Shown: in pieces, positions 12,524 to 25,500 of the stretch
Position numbering within the stretch: the stretch's first letter is position 1
Layout of the letters: every line of letters starts with the position of its first letter
Assembly: GCA_023213395.1 (NCBI GenBank)
Contig: CM041465.1
Coordinates: forward strand, 184,581,741-184,645,740
Direction: 5' to 3'
DNA from: Cycas panzhihuaensis
Lineage: Eukaryota; Plantae; Cycadophyta
Length of the DNA: 64,000 nt
Made by a program: the position numbers and the translations under genes
The notes under the pieces: generated by a model
Databases searched by the model: none
Told to the model about the DNA's origin: nothing
Seen by the model: only the letters and a program-made list of their open reading frames with translations

Positions 12524-14830
12524 GTTTCACTTGTAAGGCTTGAAGCTAGCAGATAACTTAAAAACTTGAAGCTTTCGTCACTTAAGTTCCACCTTCTAAC
12601 GAAACCAACAGTCCAGATCTTACTTAGAAGATCCAACAACTGAATGGAATGATGAGGGGTGGAGGACTAGGCTATGGAGTTGGTCAAACTCTGATCTATA
12701 GAAGAGATCAAATAGTTAGCCAAGTTAAATCTAGGACAAGGTAGGTAGGGTTGATTTGCATGGATGTACCATACTTTCCTTGGGATTCACAGCCCCAATA
12801 ACACCCTTTTCGAACCTCCTTTCCCTCAAGCAACCTTAATTATCGTACACTGACCATACGATTGGTTGGTCCCCTAGGGAATACACCAAGCTTAAGGTTA
12901 TTTCAGAGGCAAGGTTTGAACGTTTTTCAGGCCTCTCCAACAAGATTTTAAGTCACTTTTTAGAAGTTTTGAAATGAACTTAGATTTATTTACTTGGATG
13001 ATGTACTTATAAGAATGCTTGATTAAGCTTTACAATGAAAGTGACTTTAAAGAGAAGAAATTTAGTACATCAATGTGAACACTTGAAGTGTTATTACAAT
13101 GATCACTTAATGAAGTGTAGTGCTTATATAGTTTCAAGTACAAAAAATAAATGCTTAATTACAATGAGTTTTGCAAAAAAGTACTTTGAAAAAGTGCTTA
13201 AGTACTTAATGAAGCAAGGCAAAACTTTGTGATGAAGATACAAATGGGTTCTTTTTAATTCTCAGAAGTGAAGGTAAGAGAACCACTTATAAAATATGAC
13301 ACCAAGCACCAAGTGTTGGGACTTTAAAATAGTCCCAATGATAAAAAAGAAGTGATTTTATTAAGTACAAAGTATTTTTTGAGCCCTTTTTGTGACTAAG
13401 GGCAATAGGTCACCATGTAAGGTGCCTTAAAAAAGTATTTGAAAATAGTGATAAATATCACTTTTACAATATGTAAACACTTAAAATCACTTCACTTAAG
13501 TCAATTAACACTTATGCAACATTAATTAAGTGTTAAAAGAAGCTTAAAGAGCCAAGACACATAGGCTGAAATTTGAATTTTTTTGCAACTTGATCGATGG
13601 GACACCATACAGGAACCTTTGAAAATACTTAAACAAGAGTATTTTTTGAGTCTTCAAATAAGTCAGTTTATGTTAGTATTGGTGATTTAATGAGATCACT
13701 CAATACTTAGAAGATTTTTAGCTCCAAAGGTACAAAAAAGGTGATTGTTCTCTTAATAAAAATTTAAACTAAGGTCACTATGCAAAGTGCCTTGACTATA
13801 AAATTGACTTAATAAAGAGAAAAAATCACTTGTGATGTAGAAAAATACTTGAAAAAACCCTTGATATACTGAAGTGAAGTCAAAAATCAGTTTGAAAGAC
13901 TGAAATCACTTAAAAAAACTTTGATTTAGCTTAAAAAAGTGAATATAATGATTTTTTTAAAAGACTTAACATGAGCTTTAAAATAAGTTAAGTTATATAA
14001 AAGTGAATATTCAAGGAATATTCTATTTTTTATAACCTAAGTTTAAAAGATAAAGTTTCAAAAAGAAATTTTTAAAGAATAAAAAAAAACGTGAATTTGA
14101 AAAAAGTCGCCGAACGGCGGCAAAGGTCGGGCGGCAGCCATGGAGCTACAGACATTCAGATCTCTGTGTACAGAGGTCTATTTAGGCTGAGATTTTAGCC
14201 ACAGGGGTGCAGTACCTGTACCAAGGTTCCTCTGAAGTTTCAAGACCTGAAATTGAGTATAGAGAGAGAACAAAGTTTATAAAAATTATAGAGGGCACCC
14301 TTGTCATTGTGAAGAAATGGTAGCCGTACGGCTGTGTAGGGTTAGAAACCCTTCAAATCTACACTGAGCTCCTCCTTTAGACTCTATTACAGCTGTATAC
14401 AGGGTTAAATTCTGGATAGCCAGCTTAGAATGAAGAAAACGAGTGAAAAACCTCAAATTTTGATGAAAATAATCACTAAAAACAATGAAAAACACCTCTG
14501 CACTGCTAAGAAACCTCTCAAAAATAATTTTAGATTATAAACTATGGCTTGAGGAGCTGATTTCTTCAAAAAGATAAGTTAAATACAAACAACACTAAGG
14601 ATTTTGAGTTCCTTAGTGGGGTTTAAGGGATGAAAATGGCCCAGAAATAGTCTGTAACCCTTAAAAAAAACTTTAGCAGCTTGAACCTGCAAAAATGGTC
14701 TTCAAACAAACCTTGGATTTCCTTCAGAGAGTGGAGGTTGCCACCAAGGGTTTGTAGGCTTTCTTTGAATCTTCTTGAGCAGCTACAAATAGAACAGAGG
14801 GAACTAGTCTCCTCTTGCTCTGATACTAGA

Positions 14831-15388
14831 TGTGAAAAGAGGCCTAATGGCCTCACAGTCCCAAGATCTAGAAGCTAGGATCACTCTAGTTCTAGAAAGC
14901 ACAAATGCTTAACAAGTATAATACTCTCAAGATAAAAGAAAGCATAAGAGACAAAGCATAAAATGAAAGAGCAAGAGAAATGATACCAAATGTGTGGGGT
15001 TGGAATTGGTCCAACCTCCAAAAGAATAAACAGTTTGATTAGCAAATTGATAGTATAACAATACAACTCCAACTCTCATATGAGACAAAGAGGAGAGGTC
15101 TCATTATATAGACTGACATGAGAGACCTAAGGCCTTAGATAATTGACAAGTGTCAAACATCTAAGGTACATGCCTTCCATGTTGGACATGTGTCCTTTTG
15201 GGGCTCTTATGTGAGCAAAAGTGCATGGGGGTCTATTTGACCCTTTAGTGATAACGTTGTGTCACTAGAAAGAATGTGGGTGTGCACTTTATCACTTAAG
15301 TGATAAGTCACCCCTAAAATATAACTTTACAAATATTACATGAAAAAATAAAGTGCATAATCTTAACATGTAAACATAAGGTTTAACA
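14831..15388 (-). repeat. 5' LTR of Copia 7750-15388
   Basis: Direct repeat of 7750-8307, adjacent to the tRNA-Met PBS and followed by TSD TTATC. Confidence 0.95.
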
Positions 15389-15697
15389 TTATCTATCCTT
15401 GGACTAATAATCTAATGTAGAAATTGAAATAAATAAATAAAACAAAAAAAAAGAATGTAAAGCAAAAAGAAAATGGAATACTGGCATTACCTAGGGGAAG
15501 AAATTTTTCTTTCCTCATAACTCCTGAGTTATGCTAGTACTATTCCTCAATCTCTGTGGAGAGAGTACTAAGCAAAGGTCTTTCCTTGATCTCTACCTAG
15601 GTAGAGAGAGTACTCATTCTGACAGAGATTTATTTATTTATTTTTTTCGATCTGTTAAACAACTTCCCACGATTGTGAATGTAGCTCAAATATCACT

Positions 15698-16040
15698 TGA
15701 TATGATTTCTTTGGGGATTCCTTTATATCTGATAAGAAAACTGAAATGCAAAACACAAATAGAGCACAAATGGACATAAAAGTAAGCACCAAAAGCTCGT
15801 ACCAAATGAACAGTAACAATTTCTCATTCAAAAGCTAGCTTCCTTTATATCCATAAGGATTTAAATAAGAAAAATTACTGTTTAGTCTATAAATCTAATT
15901 GGAGAGACATTCATCATTTATTTTCATTAGTGGCTCTAAGAATCCCATGTATACCTTTTAATAGTTAACATTAATATCTACCTTTTACTAGCAAAAGTAC
16001 CTTCACTAGAGTTTTACCAACCACTAGCAATTATGTAACA
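15698..16040 (-). repeat. 5' LTR of chromovirus 1798-16040
   Basis: TGATATGA...GTAACA, PBS-like sequence adjacent, followed by AGTTT. Confidence 0.85.
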
Positions 16041-16120
16041 AGTTTATTTGTTTGATACAAGAGGATTAAAGATCCTACTTTATGAAATTAAATTAATTCT
16101 TATTTTTTCATCTTCTTACA

Positions 16121-16440
16121 TGCTAGTACTACAAGTGGATTATTTAGACTTCCAAGCATAATTTTGAGGTGTCTTGCCACATTCACATTTAAGTATAATT
16201 AGCTTATAATATTATTTTTTTTTTATTTTAAATTTTCTTTAAGGTTTATATTTTACATTTGACACTTTGAACTTTTAGAGTTTCATTCTTCTTTTTAGAT
16301 TTAAATTGTCATTTTTTATAACAAAGAGGATTCATCTAATGTCCTCTTTATGTAATCTTTCCTCGTCCTATAATTGTGTTTCTAACTTTTCTTACTTTTT
16401 AAGGTACTTTCTCTTGAAACCTAAAAATGGGATAACCCTG
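16121..16440 (+). repeat. Dispersed direct repeat, copy 1 (copy 2 at ~32618-32935)
   Basis: TGCTAGTA(C/T)TACAAGTGGATTATTTAGACTTC...TTTTCTTACTTTTTAAGGTACTTT occurs at both places, about 80% identical by eye. Confidence 0.8.
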
Positions 16441-18123
16441 AAAGTGTATAGTTGAAAAGAAACAAAGTAAAAACAAAAAACCTATTGCTAAAAAAACCAC
16501 AAAGTATGAAAATAAAAAAGGACCAAGAAGAATCTTGAAGGAAAATTCCTTTCCTTTCTTACCCTTATCCCTTGTTATTTTGTTTGGGTTACTTGTGAAA
16601 TTTTTTTATTTCCTTTATCACTTAGGTGTATGAATGTGATTGTGAAGAGGAAAGCTAAGTACGCTTGGAACTTAAATCCTATGGTTGCTTGTTTCCTTTT
16701 GTAGAGATGCTTATTTGATCTTGATTGTTTTATTTATATAACTTGCTTGGCATATTTAGCTAAGGGTCAATTTACATTTGATTGATCTTGTTTGTGTGAA
16801 GCATAGTAGTTGCATCTCATTATTTTGTGCTTCTCACAAATGCCTAACCACTGTATAGAGAAAATATCATCTACAAATATTAGCTCACCCATATATATGG
16901 AATTAAATTTTTAAAACATAACCTACCCACTATTGGTCTATTGTGAGAGAAGGGTTGAGGAGGTATATTGAGATAGAATATTTCTCTTTAGGTGAAGTTT
17001 TAAGGAGACCCATAAGGATTCTTAGGGTATTAAGTGAGGCCCTTAGTTGGGATTTTTCACTATTAGCTATGCATATTTGATCATAAGATGGAATATGAAG
17101 TGAGGTGTGAGTAGGCATCAATAACCATGCCTTAGACAGAACCAACTCAATGTACTAGGGGCATAGGAAAAGTAGTAGAGGTCTTATAGGTTTTCTTCTT
17201 CTAATTCCTCCCCACTTCTTTATTCCCTTTTTTAAATTTTCTTCTCCTTCATAACTTCACTTGAGTCATAACTATTGTTTATACAAACCTTATTATTGTC
17301 TACAGTTATTCTCTCATGTCATTTCTTGAGCCTTATCTTGAGTTAACTACGTGTTGAGTCATATCTCAAGTTAGTTATTTAGACCTAGTGTCATACATTA
17401 TTTGGTATATTCCTGCATTTGCAACCCTTCTTCTCATAGGAGGGCTAATTCATTTAGGACCTTCCTAATTATGAATGAATATTTTGGTGACCATACTAGG
17501 GAGGTGTTGGACTTACTTTCTTTTATGATCTCTTTCCTACCTTGTCTTATTCCTTTAAGAGTCTCTCATCTCTCTTAGTTATATTTTTGCACTCTAATAC
17601 CATCTCTTGTTATATAATCCATGATGGTAAATAAGAATAAGCCTCTTATTTTCAAGATGATTAGATATTTTGAACATATCCAAGATCTTCCTCTTAAAGC
17701 ATATGACTCTATGTCTATACTTGAGATTCATGAGACCAAGAGCCTTATAGGATTTGAGATGGGGGTTTCCATGTCTCTTTAATCTTCTCCCCTATCTCCT
17801 TCTCCTTCTCATCTTTCCTTCACTCATCCTCATAACAAGCCCTTTCATATGCCAAACTTAGCCTAGTTTATTTTAGAACAACTACCTTCTAGAGAGGTTG
17901 CTCCTTTTCAAGGCATAACTTATGACAACTCAAAATCTTATTCTTCTTAAGGCATTCATCTACCTTCCAATGACCCCTTCCTTGAATGCCTTGGTTTGAG
18001 CAACCTTATACATGTAGTAAGCTCTTATGTTTCTCTCCTAAAGGCCACTACTTCTTCTTCATATCATGCATATTCTACCCAATTACTTCCACCACCCTCT
18101 CAACCTACCATACCCTCATCTAA

Positions 18124-21100
18124 TGTAGCATTCCTACCCTAGATGATTAACTTTATTATGTAGTCTTCACTATTTATTTTGGCCAACTTTATAATACAAT
18201 TTTGATTATTTATTCTGAGTAACTTCATTACACAATTTTATTATGCAGGCTTCACTATTTATTTTGTCCAACTTCATAATGTGATTTTCATTATTTATTC
18301 TGGCCTACTTCATTATATAGTTTTCATTATTTTGACTGACTTCATTTCTTATTCTAGCTAGCCTTAGCTATGGTTTTTGGTTAACTTCTTTAATTAGATT
18401 TTGGCTACATATATATAAGGTTTTCAATGAAGGAGTTAAAAATCGATTAGGGTTTTAGATTTTCCATATTTTTAGCCTTAAGGAACTTCTTTTTAGAGGA
18501 ATCCTTATCTAAAAGAGAAAGCCAATGACTCAATTTTATTTATTATAAGTTTTGTATCTTTTAGTATTATTTTACTTCAATATTTAGTTTATTTAGATCA
18601 TAAAGTTATGGATATTATACTATTCACTTTAATATTATCTTATAGTTTATGTTTATTTGTGTAAAACTCTAGAAGAAAGTCTTATGTGTGGATATTATTT
18701 ATGTTCCAAGTAAAACCCCTTAAGCTATATTAGGTTGCTATTATAAATAGAAAGGCCATACCATGTGGAAGTTGCTACAAGAAGGTGCAATTATAAATAG
18801 TAGACTATTCAATAAGTACAATTATGTTTGCTATGCCCATAGGAGGAGTCAATATAGTTCTTGACATTTAATGGCTATAAGAAACTAAGAATATTATTAC
18901 TAACTATAAGACCCATTTCATGAGTTTGTTTTTAGAAAGGGTATAAGTAGATGTTGTAAGTATCGCCTACACCACCAACCTAGTTAGCAACCTCACATTG
19001 GGTAGAGAAGTTACTCAGAAAAAATTAAGCTTCATATGTAATAACATACTATAAAATCTTAATTGAAGCTATTCTATAGGAGGTATAGGTACTCATTAAT
19101 CAATATAATAAAGTCTTTAAAAACCCACTCCAAGGATTACCACTAAGTCATGGATGTAAACACAACATTGAGTTAGCATTAGGGGCTACACTAATAAACA
19201 CCTACTATATTAACATCTGTATCCTTTCAAGAATAAGATTGAGAAAATTACTTAGGATCTCTTATAGCAAGGGTACATTACCCCTAATTCTAGCCCTTTG
19301 CATCCCTAATTATAACAACTCAGATAAATTATATTAGATGTTCATCAATTACCAAGAACTTAACAAGCTTACAATTAGGAATAGGTGCCTAGTTCCTTGA
19401 ATAGATGGCCTACATGATGAGCTATATGGAACTAGGTTTTTTGCTAAGATTGATCTACACTTAAGATATTACCAAATCTACATTAATGTAAATAACATAT
19501 ATAAGCCAACTTTCCAAACCCATGGAGGGTTACTTGAATTCTACATCATGTTATTTAGGTTAACCAATACTCCATCCATACTTTATAGCATGAAGAACAA
19601 GTTACTAAAACCCTTCTTATGCAAGTTTGTATTAGTATTCTTTTATAACATATTGATTTATAACCAAATGCTAAAAGAGTACTTAGAACACCTCAAGGTT
19701 GTACTATAAGTGCTAGAAGATAAATAATTCTTTATGAATAAGGGAAAATGCACCTTCAGACAAATACAAATAGAATATCTTAGACATATTCTCACCTTAG
19801 AAGGTGTCAAAATGGACCCTAACAAGTTCCAAGCAATTATAGAATGGCTTACACTAAATAATGTAATGATTGTAAGAAGCTTCTTAAGTGTTATTAATTT
19901 CTTATATCAGTTCATTAAAGGATATGGCCACATTTATACACCATTAATTGATCTAATGAAGAAAGAGGCATTCTCATGGAGTAGAAAAACTTAAGAAGCA
20001 TTTCAAGGACTAAAAATAATAATGGTGACAATACTATTACTTATAAGACTAGATTTTAATTGCCAATTTATTTTGGAATGTGATGCATTAGGAGTAAGAT
20101 TAGGAGTTGTACTTCTCCAAGATGACTAACCACTAGTATATAAAAGTCACAAGTTAAATACAAGAGAATGACTAAAACCTATTTATGATAAAGAGATTCT
20201 AGTAATTATGTGTCCTATACACTAATGATGATAATATTTACTAGGAAGCAAATTTATGTTCAAAATCAATCATGATAGTCTCAAATACTTCCTAAATTAG
20301 AAAACCTTATTAGCAAGTAACAAAAATGGGTAAGTAAACTTCAAACATTTGATTTTGGTTTCACCTGTAAAAGGGGAGAATAAAATATTTCTATAGATCT
20401 ATTGTTGAGAATTCTTAAAGATACTCCTAACTAGGAAGTTATCTCCATGTAGGTTATTTCCACAGTTACATGAAGCTAGATCCAAAGGCTAACTTGAGAG
20501 TGTTATAATAACTTAATGTCCTAGAGAATATTATAAGAAATTTATACCAAAGGACAAACTAAGCATGAACTTGAATGTGACCTTATTTTACAAAAAAAGG
20601 CAAGATCATATTACCAATCACACATGTGCTCAAAGGTAAAATTCTCCTTAAAGTATACCCACCCTAGCAACAATACATATAGGGATTAACAAGACCTATC
20701 ACCAAATCTAAAATATATATTTTTGAAAGGGAATAAAAGCAAATTTCCAAAATCTCATCTTAAAATGTGATATATATCAAAGGAATAGGAGTGAAAGTGT
20801 AAAGAACCTAGGGCTACACTAACCACTGTATATACTAGAACAAAAATAAGAAGAAATTTTAGTGGAATTTATAATAAGGATTCCCATATCAGAAGGTAAG
20901 GATACAATCTTTATTGTAGATAATCATCTAACCAAATGCACCTATTTTAGAGGAATCCAAACAACTACAAAAGCAAGTTAGACTACCAAGCTCTTCGTCA
21001 AAGAGATATATTGTCTTCATGGAATCTTAAAAGTCATCATCAATGATCGTAAACCCAAGTTCAAAAGCAACTTTTGGTAAGAGTTAGTTAAGCAAGCAGA

Positions 21101-22515
21101 CACAAAGATTTCCTTGAGTATGACCTACTACCCATAAACTGACATTTAAAAAAAGGTAGTAAATAAATATTTGGAATGATATCTCTAAAATTTTACATTT
21201 GATAAATGACAAAAATGGTATAAATGGTTTCACATGGTAGAGTAGTGCTATAATACCACTTACTATACAACTATCAAAATAACCCTCTTCAAAACATTAT
21301 ATGGCTTTAAACTCCCATCACTTCTTACATGGACTAGGACCTCACTAGTCTAATATATTTAAGAGAAACAAGAGCAAATTGATAGAACAATGCAAATACT
21401 CAAGGACAACTTAAATTTAGCCAAGAACTAGATGAAACAACAAGTAAATATATATAGAATAGAGAGATTATTCATGATAAGAGATTGGTTTTTTCTAAGG
21501 CTTCAACCACATAAATAAGTAATCATGAAAATCAAGTAAATTCAAATTATAGCCATGGTTATTTTCTCTATACCAAATTCTGTATAAAATGGGAGAAGTG
21601 GCATATCAACTTATCAACTTAAATTACTACAAGAGAGCCGCATTCATAATGTCTTGTATATCTTATCCTTTAAATGGAAGCTAGGATAAGTTATCAACCC
21701 AAAGACAAAGTTACTAGTACTAGATAAAGAAGGCAAGATTATAGAACCAGAAGTTATTTTACAAGTACAGATTGGGAAACTATATTCTAGAGAAATCTGT
21801 GAGTACCTGATAAAATGGAAGACCCTAGACCACAAAGAAGTTGCTTAGGTATCTGAAGATTGGTATAAAAAACATACAGACCTTCCTATGCTTTGAAGGT
21901 AAAGCATGTTTTCAAGGGGAGGGACTTGTAGTATTCCTATTCTAGATGATTGGCTTCATTATGCAATCTTTACTATTTATTCTTGCTAGATTCATAATGC
22001 AATGCCCATTACTTATTCTAGCCAACTTCATTATACAACTGTCATTATATAGTCTTTACTATTTATTTTGGTCAACTTCATAATGTAGTTTTTATTATTT
22101 ATTTTAATAGACTTCATTATACAATTTTTATTATTCTAGCTAACTTTATTTCTTATTCAAACTAGCCTTAACTATGGTTTTTGGATTACTTCTTTAATTA
22201 GATTATGGCTACCTATATATAAGGATTTTTAGCTAAGAAGTTAGGCATTAATTTAGGTTCTAAATCTACCATAATTTTGGCCTTAAGGAATTATTTTTGA
22301 GAGGACACCTTGCCTTGAAGAAGAAGCTAGTGACTTAATTTTACTATTATAAGTTTGGTATCTTTTGTATATATATTATTGGTGTTATTTCACTTTAGTA
22401 TTTAGTTTATTTAGATCATTAAGTTATGGATATTGTATTGTCCACTTCAATATTTACTTTTAGTTTATGTTTACCTATATAAAACTCTAGAAGATAGTCT
22501 TATATATGGATATTA
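18124..22515 (+). mobile_element. Ty3/Gypsy chromovirus with PBS, gag and N-terminal protease deleted
   Basis: LTRs at 18124-18697 and 21927-22515, both starting TGTAG(C/T)ATTCCTA. PPT AAGGGGAGGGAC at 21914-21925. Imperfect TSD TCTAA/TCTAT. Confidence 0.85.
18700..21897 (+). pseudogene. Chromovirus pol remnant (partial protease, RT, RNase H, integrase, chromodomain)
   Basis: PIGGVNIVL (protease end), FAKIDL..YYQI, ORF 19734-19994 (KCTF..IEYL..GVKMDP), LECDA RNase H motif, integrase core, and EPEVIL...EYLIKWK chromodomain (~21745-21890). Confidence 0.88.
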
Positions 22516-25500
22516 TCTATGTTTGAAGTGTGAATTACCCTTGGAATTCCTATATCTAGTGCTTAAGCTTTGGATCCTAGAGTTTTCTCTTCACTCTAAG
22601 GTCCTCATTCACTTGGTCATGGTCCTATACTTAGGATTTCTATTTCACTTTAACTACCTTATGGTCTATCTCATTGGGCACTTCTAGATCCTCACTCAAT
22701 TGGTCTTACTTATACATCTCTATCATATTTGATCATTCTACCTATTGTGTTGTCTACTTCTATGGCCCCTTTACAAGGGACTAGTACTTCCACTATTCCC
22801 ACATGGGGATCATCCTTTGCCCAACTATATGGGTTCCCCTGCTACCTTCATCTTACGTATCTACTTCTATGTTTGTCTACTCTGTTCAAGTGGTATTCAT
22901 TCTTATTAACTAGGTGCATTCCATGTCCTCATAGACACAACCTCATCTCATTGGTGTTACCCCTTCTCCTTAGCAATCCATTGCTATATCCACTCCTCAA
23001 CCTACTTAGGGAGCTAGTCTATTGCCTGAAGGATATTATTCTCTATGCTTTGCTTCCTCTTTAGGCATTGGTGTATACCCCCTCTAAGAGGTAGTGTTTA
23101 TGTCCCTTAGGCTCCTTTATAGCCTAGTGTCTTTCCATCTCAATCTCCTTCCATAGAACCTTATACACCTTAGAGAAACATGACCTAAATACAACCACAC
23201 TCACATCTATATGATGTTTAAACATATCATATTCAAACTTCTAATATTATCCAACCTCCTCCATAACCAAGTCATCTTGTGTATGGAACAAGTCCTTCTC
23301 CTCAACCAAGTGTCTGACCACACTCCTCTTCCCTTGTGAGAAGGAGGACCTTAATTGATTATAGGAGGAACCCCTTTCCATAAGAGGTCCTCTTATATCC
23401 CCTTCCACCTTTCATCCTTAAACTCTTAAAGTTTAGTAGGGAGGTATGGAAATATTTTGTTGGAAATGCTTAAGCTTTTGTACTTACTTTCACTAACTGC
23501 CTTCTTTACAATTACGTGATGATACAAATCTTCTATAAGACCCTAAAGGACAATGCCCAAAAGTGGTTCTATGGATTATTTAATACATACATTTATTCCT
23601 TTAAGTAACTTGTAGACTTCTTTATCAACCAATTTAACATTAGTTGTCCCTTTCAGATGGGGGTGAATGCTCTCTTTTAAAGTAAATAAGAGATGGATAA
23701 ATGCTCTCATGACTTCATCTGTTGCTTCTAAGACCTTATTTTATTATTGTTAATGCTCTTAACTAATGACTTAAATTTTGACTTGTTTACTAACAGCCTC
23801 AAATTTTAATTCCATCTTGAGGTGCTTAAACTTGGTCTAACCATGTATGAGAGCACCATTGATAAGTGTTTAGCTCTTGAATCTTTTAAGATTCAAGTGG
23901 GGGTAAAGAAGTTGAATAAGTCCTCTTCTACTCCTAAGTGGGATACTACTGATAAACCTAAGTATGTTCAAGGTGACAAAAGTGACAATCAACTCACTTC
24001 TACTCTTCATGCCTTAGAATAATCTATTATGACTAAGTTATTAACCTCTATTACCAATTCATCTAAAGACTCTAAAATCATTCACCTTGTTGACAAGAAG
24101 CCAGAACAAATGACTAAGACTCTTCCTCCTCCTTCTAACAAGTAGTTCCCTTTGTGCACTTACCATCAAATTAATGTGCATGATCACTTAGATTGTAATA
24201 AGCTCAAGCAGCATGGTAGGAACTATGCCTCATCTAATCAACAACCATCTTAGCTAAATAAAGACTTGTTGATATATATCAACCTATTCCCCAACCATTA
24301 TAATAAATGTAAAGGGAAAGGCCTAGCCAAAGATGTAGGCACATCTACTAGTTTTGAATTAGACACGGAAGAGTCTTCCACTTCCACTAAGCCCACCAAG
24401 AATAAGAGAAATAATCATCATAATAAAAGGCCCCTTATTAAGGATGATTAAAATTCTTGGCACAAGACTATCAAAATGGTGGAAATGGTTGATATTCTTG
24501 GAGTTGAAACCCAAAATTTTAAGAATTTTGAGGTTGTCTCTTCTAAGTTAATTGAAAATTTTCCTAAGATTCCTCTTTATACCATTAAGGTACATTTCTA
24601 ATGTGCCCTTTAATAGATCACTAAGATGAAAGGTTTATCCATCATGGAAGAGCTTAAGTTTATATTTGTAGGCATTTCTATGTTTAACTTAAGTATTTCC
24701 TTAATTAGAAATAATTTTTTCTTAATGCTTGTAGCATTGGACAACCTAATTCGAGCAAACCAATCATTATATTTTATCCATATTAATTCAATGAGCATCA
24801 TGATCACTATAACATTATTTCTTTTATCATTTGTATCATGAGTAGGTAATGGACCATAAAAAGGTGTATTATTGACAAAGGTACTACCACCAATGATATT
24901 TCTCTTCATCTTCTTTACCCCCTTGGAATTTTAACTTTTGAACTCATGAGTTGGGTATACCAAGGTTTCAATAAAACTTGAACTATTTTGTTAAGCAAGG
25001 TATCACTTCCTCTTACCCATCACAATAAACTATCATTATAAATGTTTCCATCATTAACTTGGATCTAGACTATAACATGTTATTAGGTGGACCTTGGATC
25101 GACTAAATAGGGGATGTTTATTCCTCTCTCTTTAGTGCATTCCAATTTGTTAAAGAGGGAGAGTCCTAAGTGGTTTTATATCATAATAAACCCTAATAAT
25201 AATATATCTCCATCATTCATGCCCTTTCCAAGGAAGATGAGATTGAACCTTCCTTTATCTAACCTAGCTTTAGATAATAGTTCCAAGCTAAGGGACCTAG
25301 TACTAATAAAATGATAAAGATTAAAGATGTTCATATAGATAGTTTGGTTATCTATAACCTGAACCTATTTAAAAATGATGAACCATCCTCAAATATTTTG
25401 TTGATTCATCTCCTAATCTTCCCCCTAACCATCACAAACTTAGCTTCACTAAGTTCATTTACCCTAACTCTCTTTTGGTGTCAAAATCTTAAGAGTCTCT

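Larger units (their letters stand above)
7750..15388 (-). mobile_element. Full-length Ty1/Copia LTR retrotransposon nested in the chromovirus leader
   Basis: 558-bp TG...CA LTRs at 7750-8307 and 14831-15388 (about 28 mismatches by manual count, ~95%). TSD TTATC at 7745-7749 and 15389-15393. PBS complement GCTCTGATACTA at ~14817-14828. PPT complement CCCCCTTA at 8308. Confidence 0.95.
1798..16040 (-). mobile_element. Ty3/Gypsy chromovirus LTR retrotransposon, old and degenerate, hosting a nested Copia
   Basis: Homologous LTRs at 1798-2117 and 15698-16040, both starting TGATATGATT. AGTTT TSD on both flanks. Degenerate Met-PBS complement GCTCAAATATCA at 15684-15695, PPT-like tract at 2118-2130, gag-pol remnants on the minus strand. 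Confidence 0.88.
1470..16110 (+). repeat. 3' LTR of the first Copia, split into 1470-1797 and ~16046-16110 by the Gypsy insertion
   Basis: PPT-like AAGGGATGA followed by TGTTAAATT at 1470. The AGTTT TSD of the inserted Gypsy lies at 1793-1797 and 16041-16045. The right end (~16110, TTTTTCA) is approximate. Confidence 0.6.
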
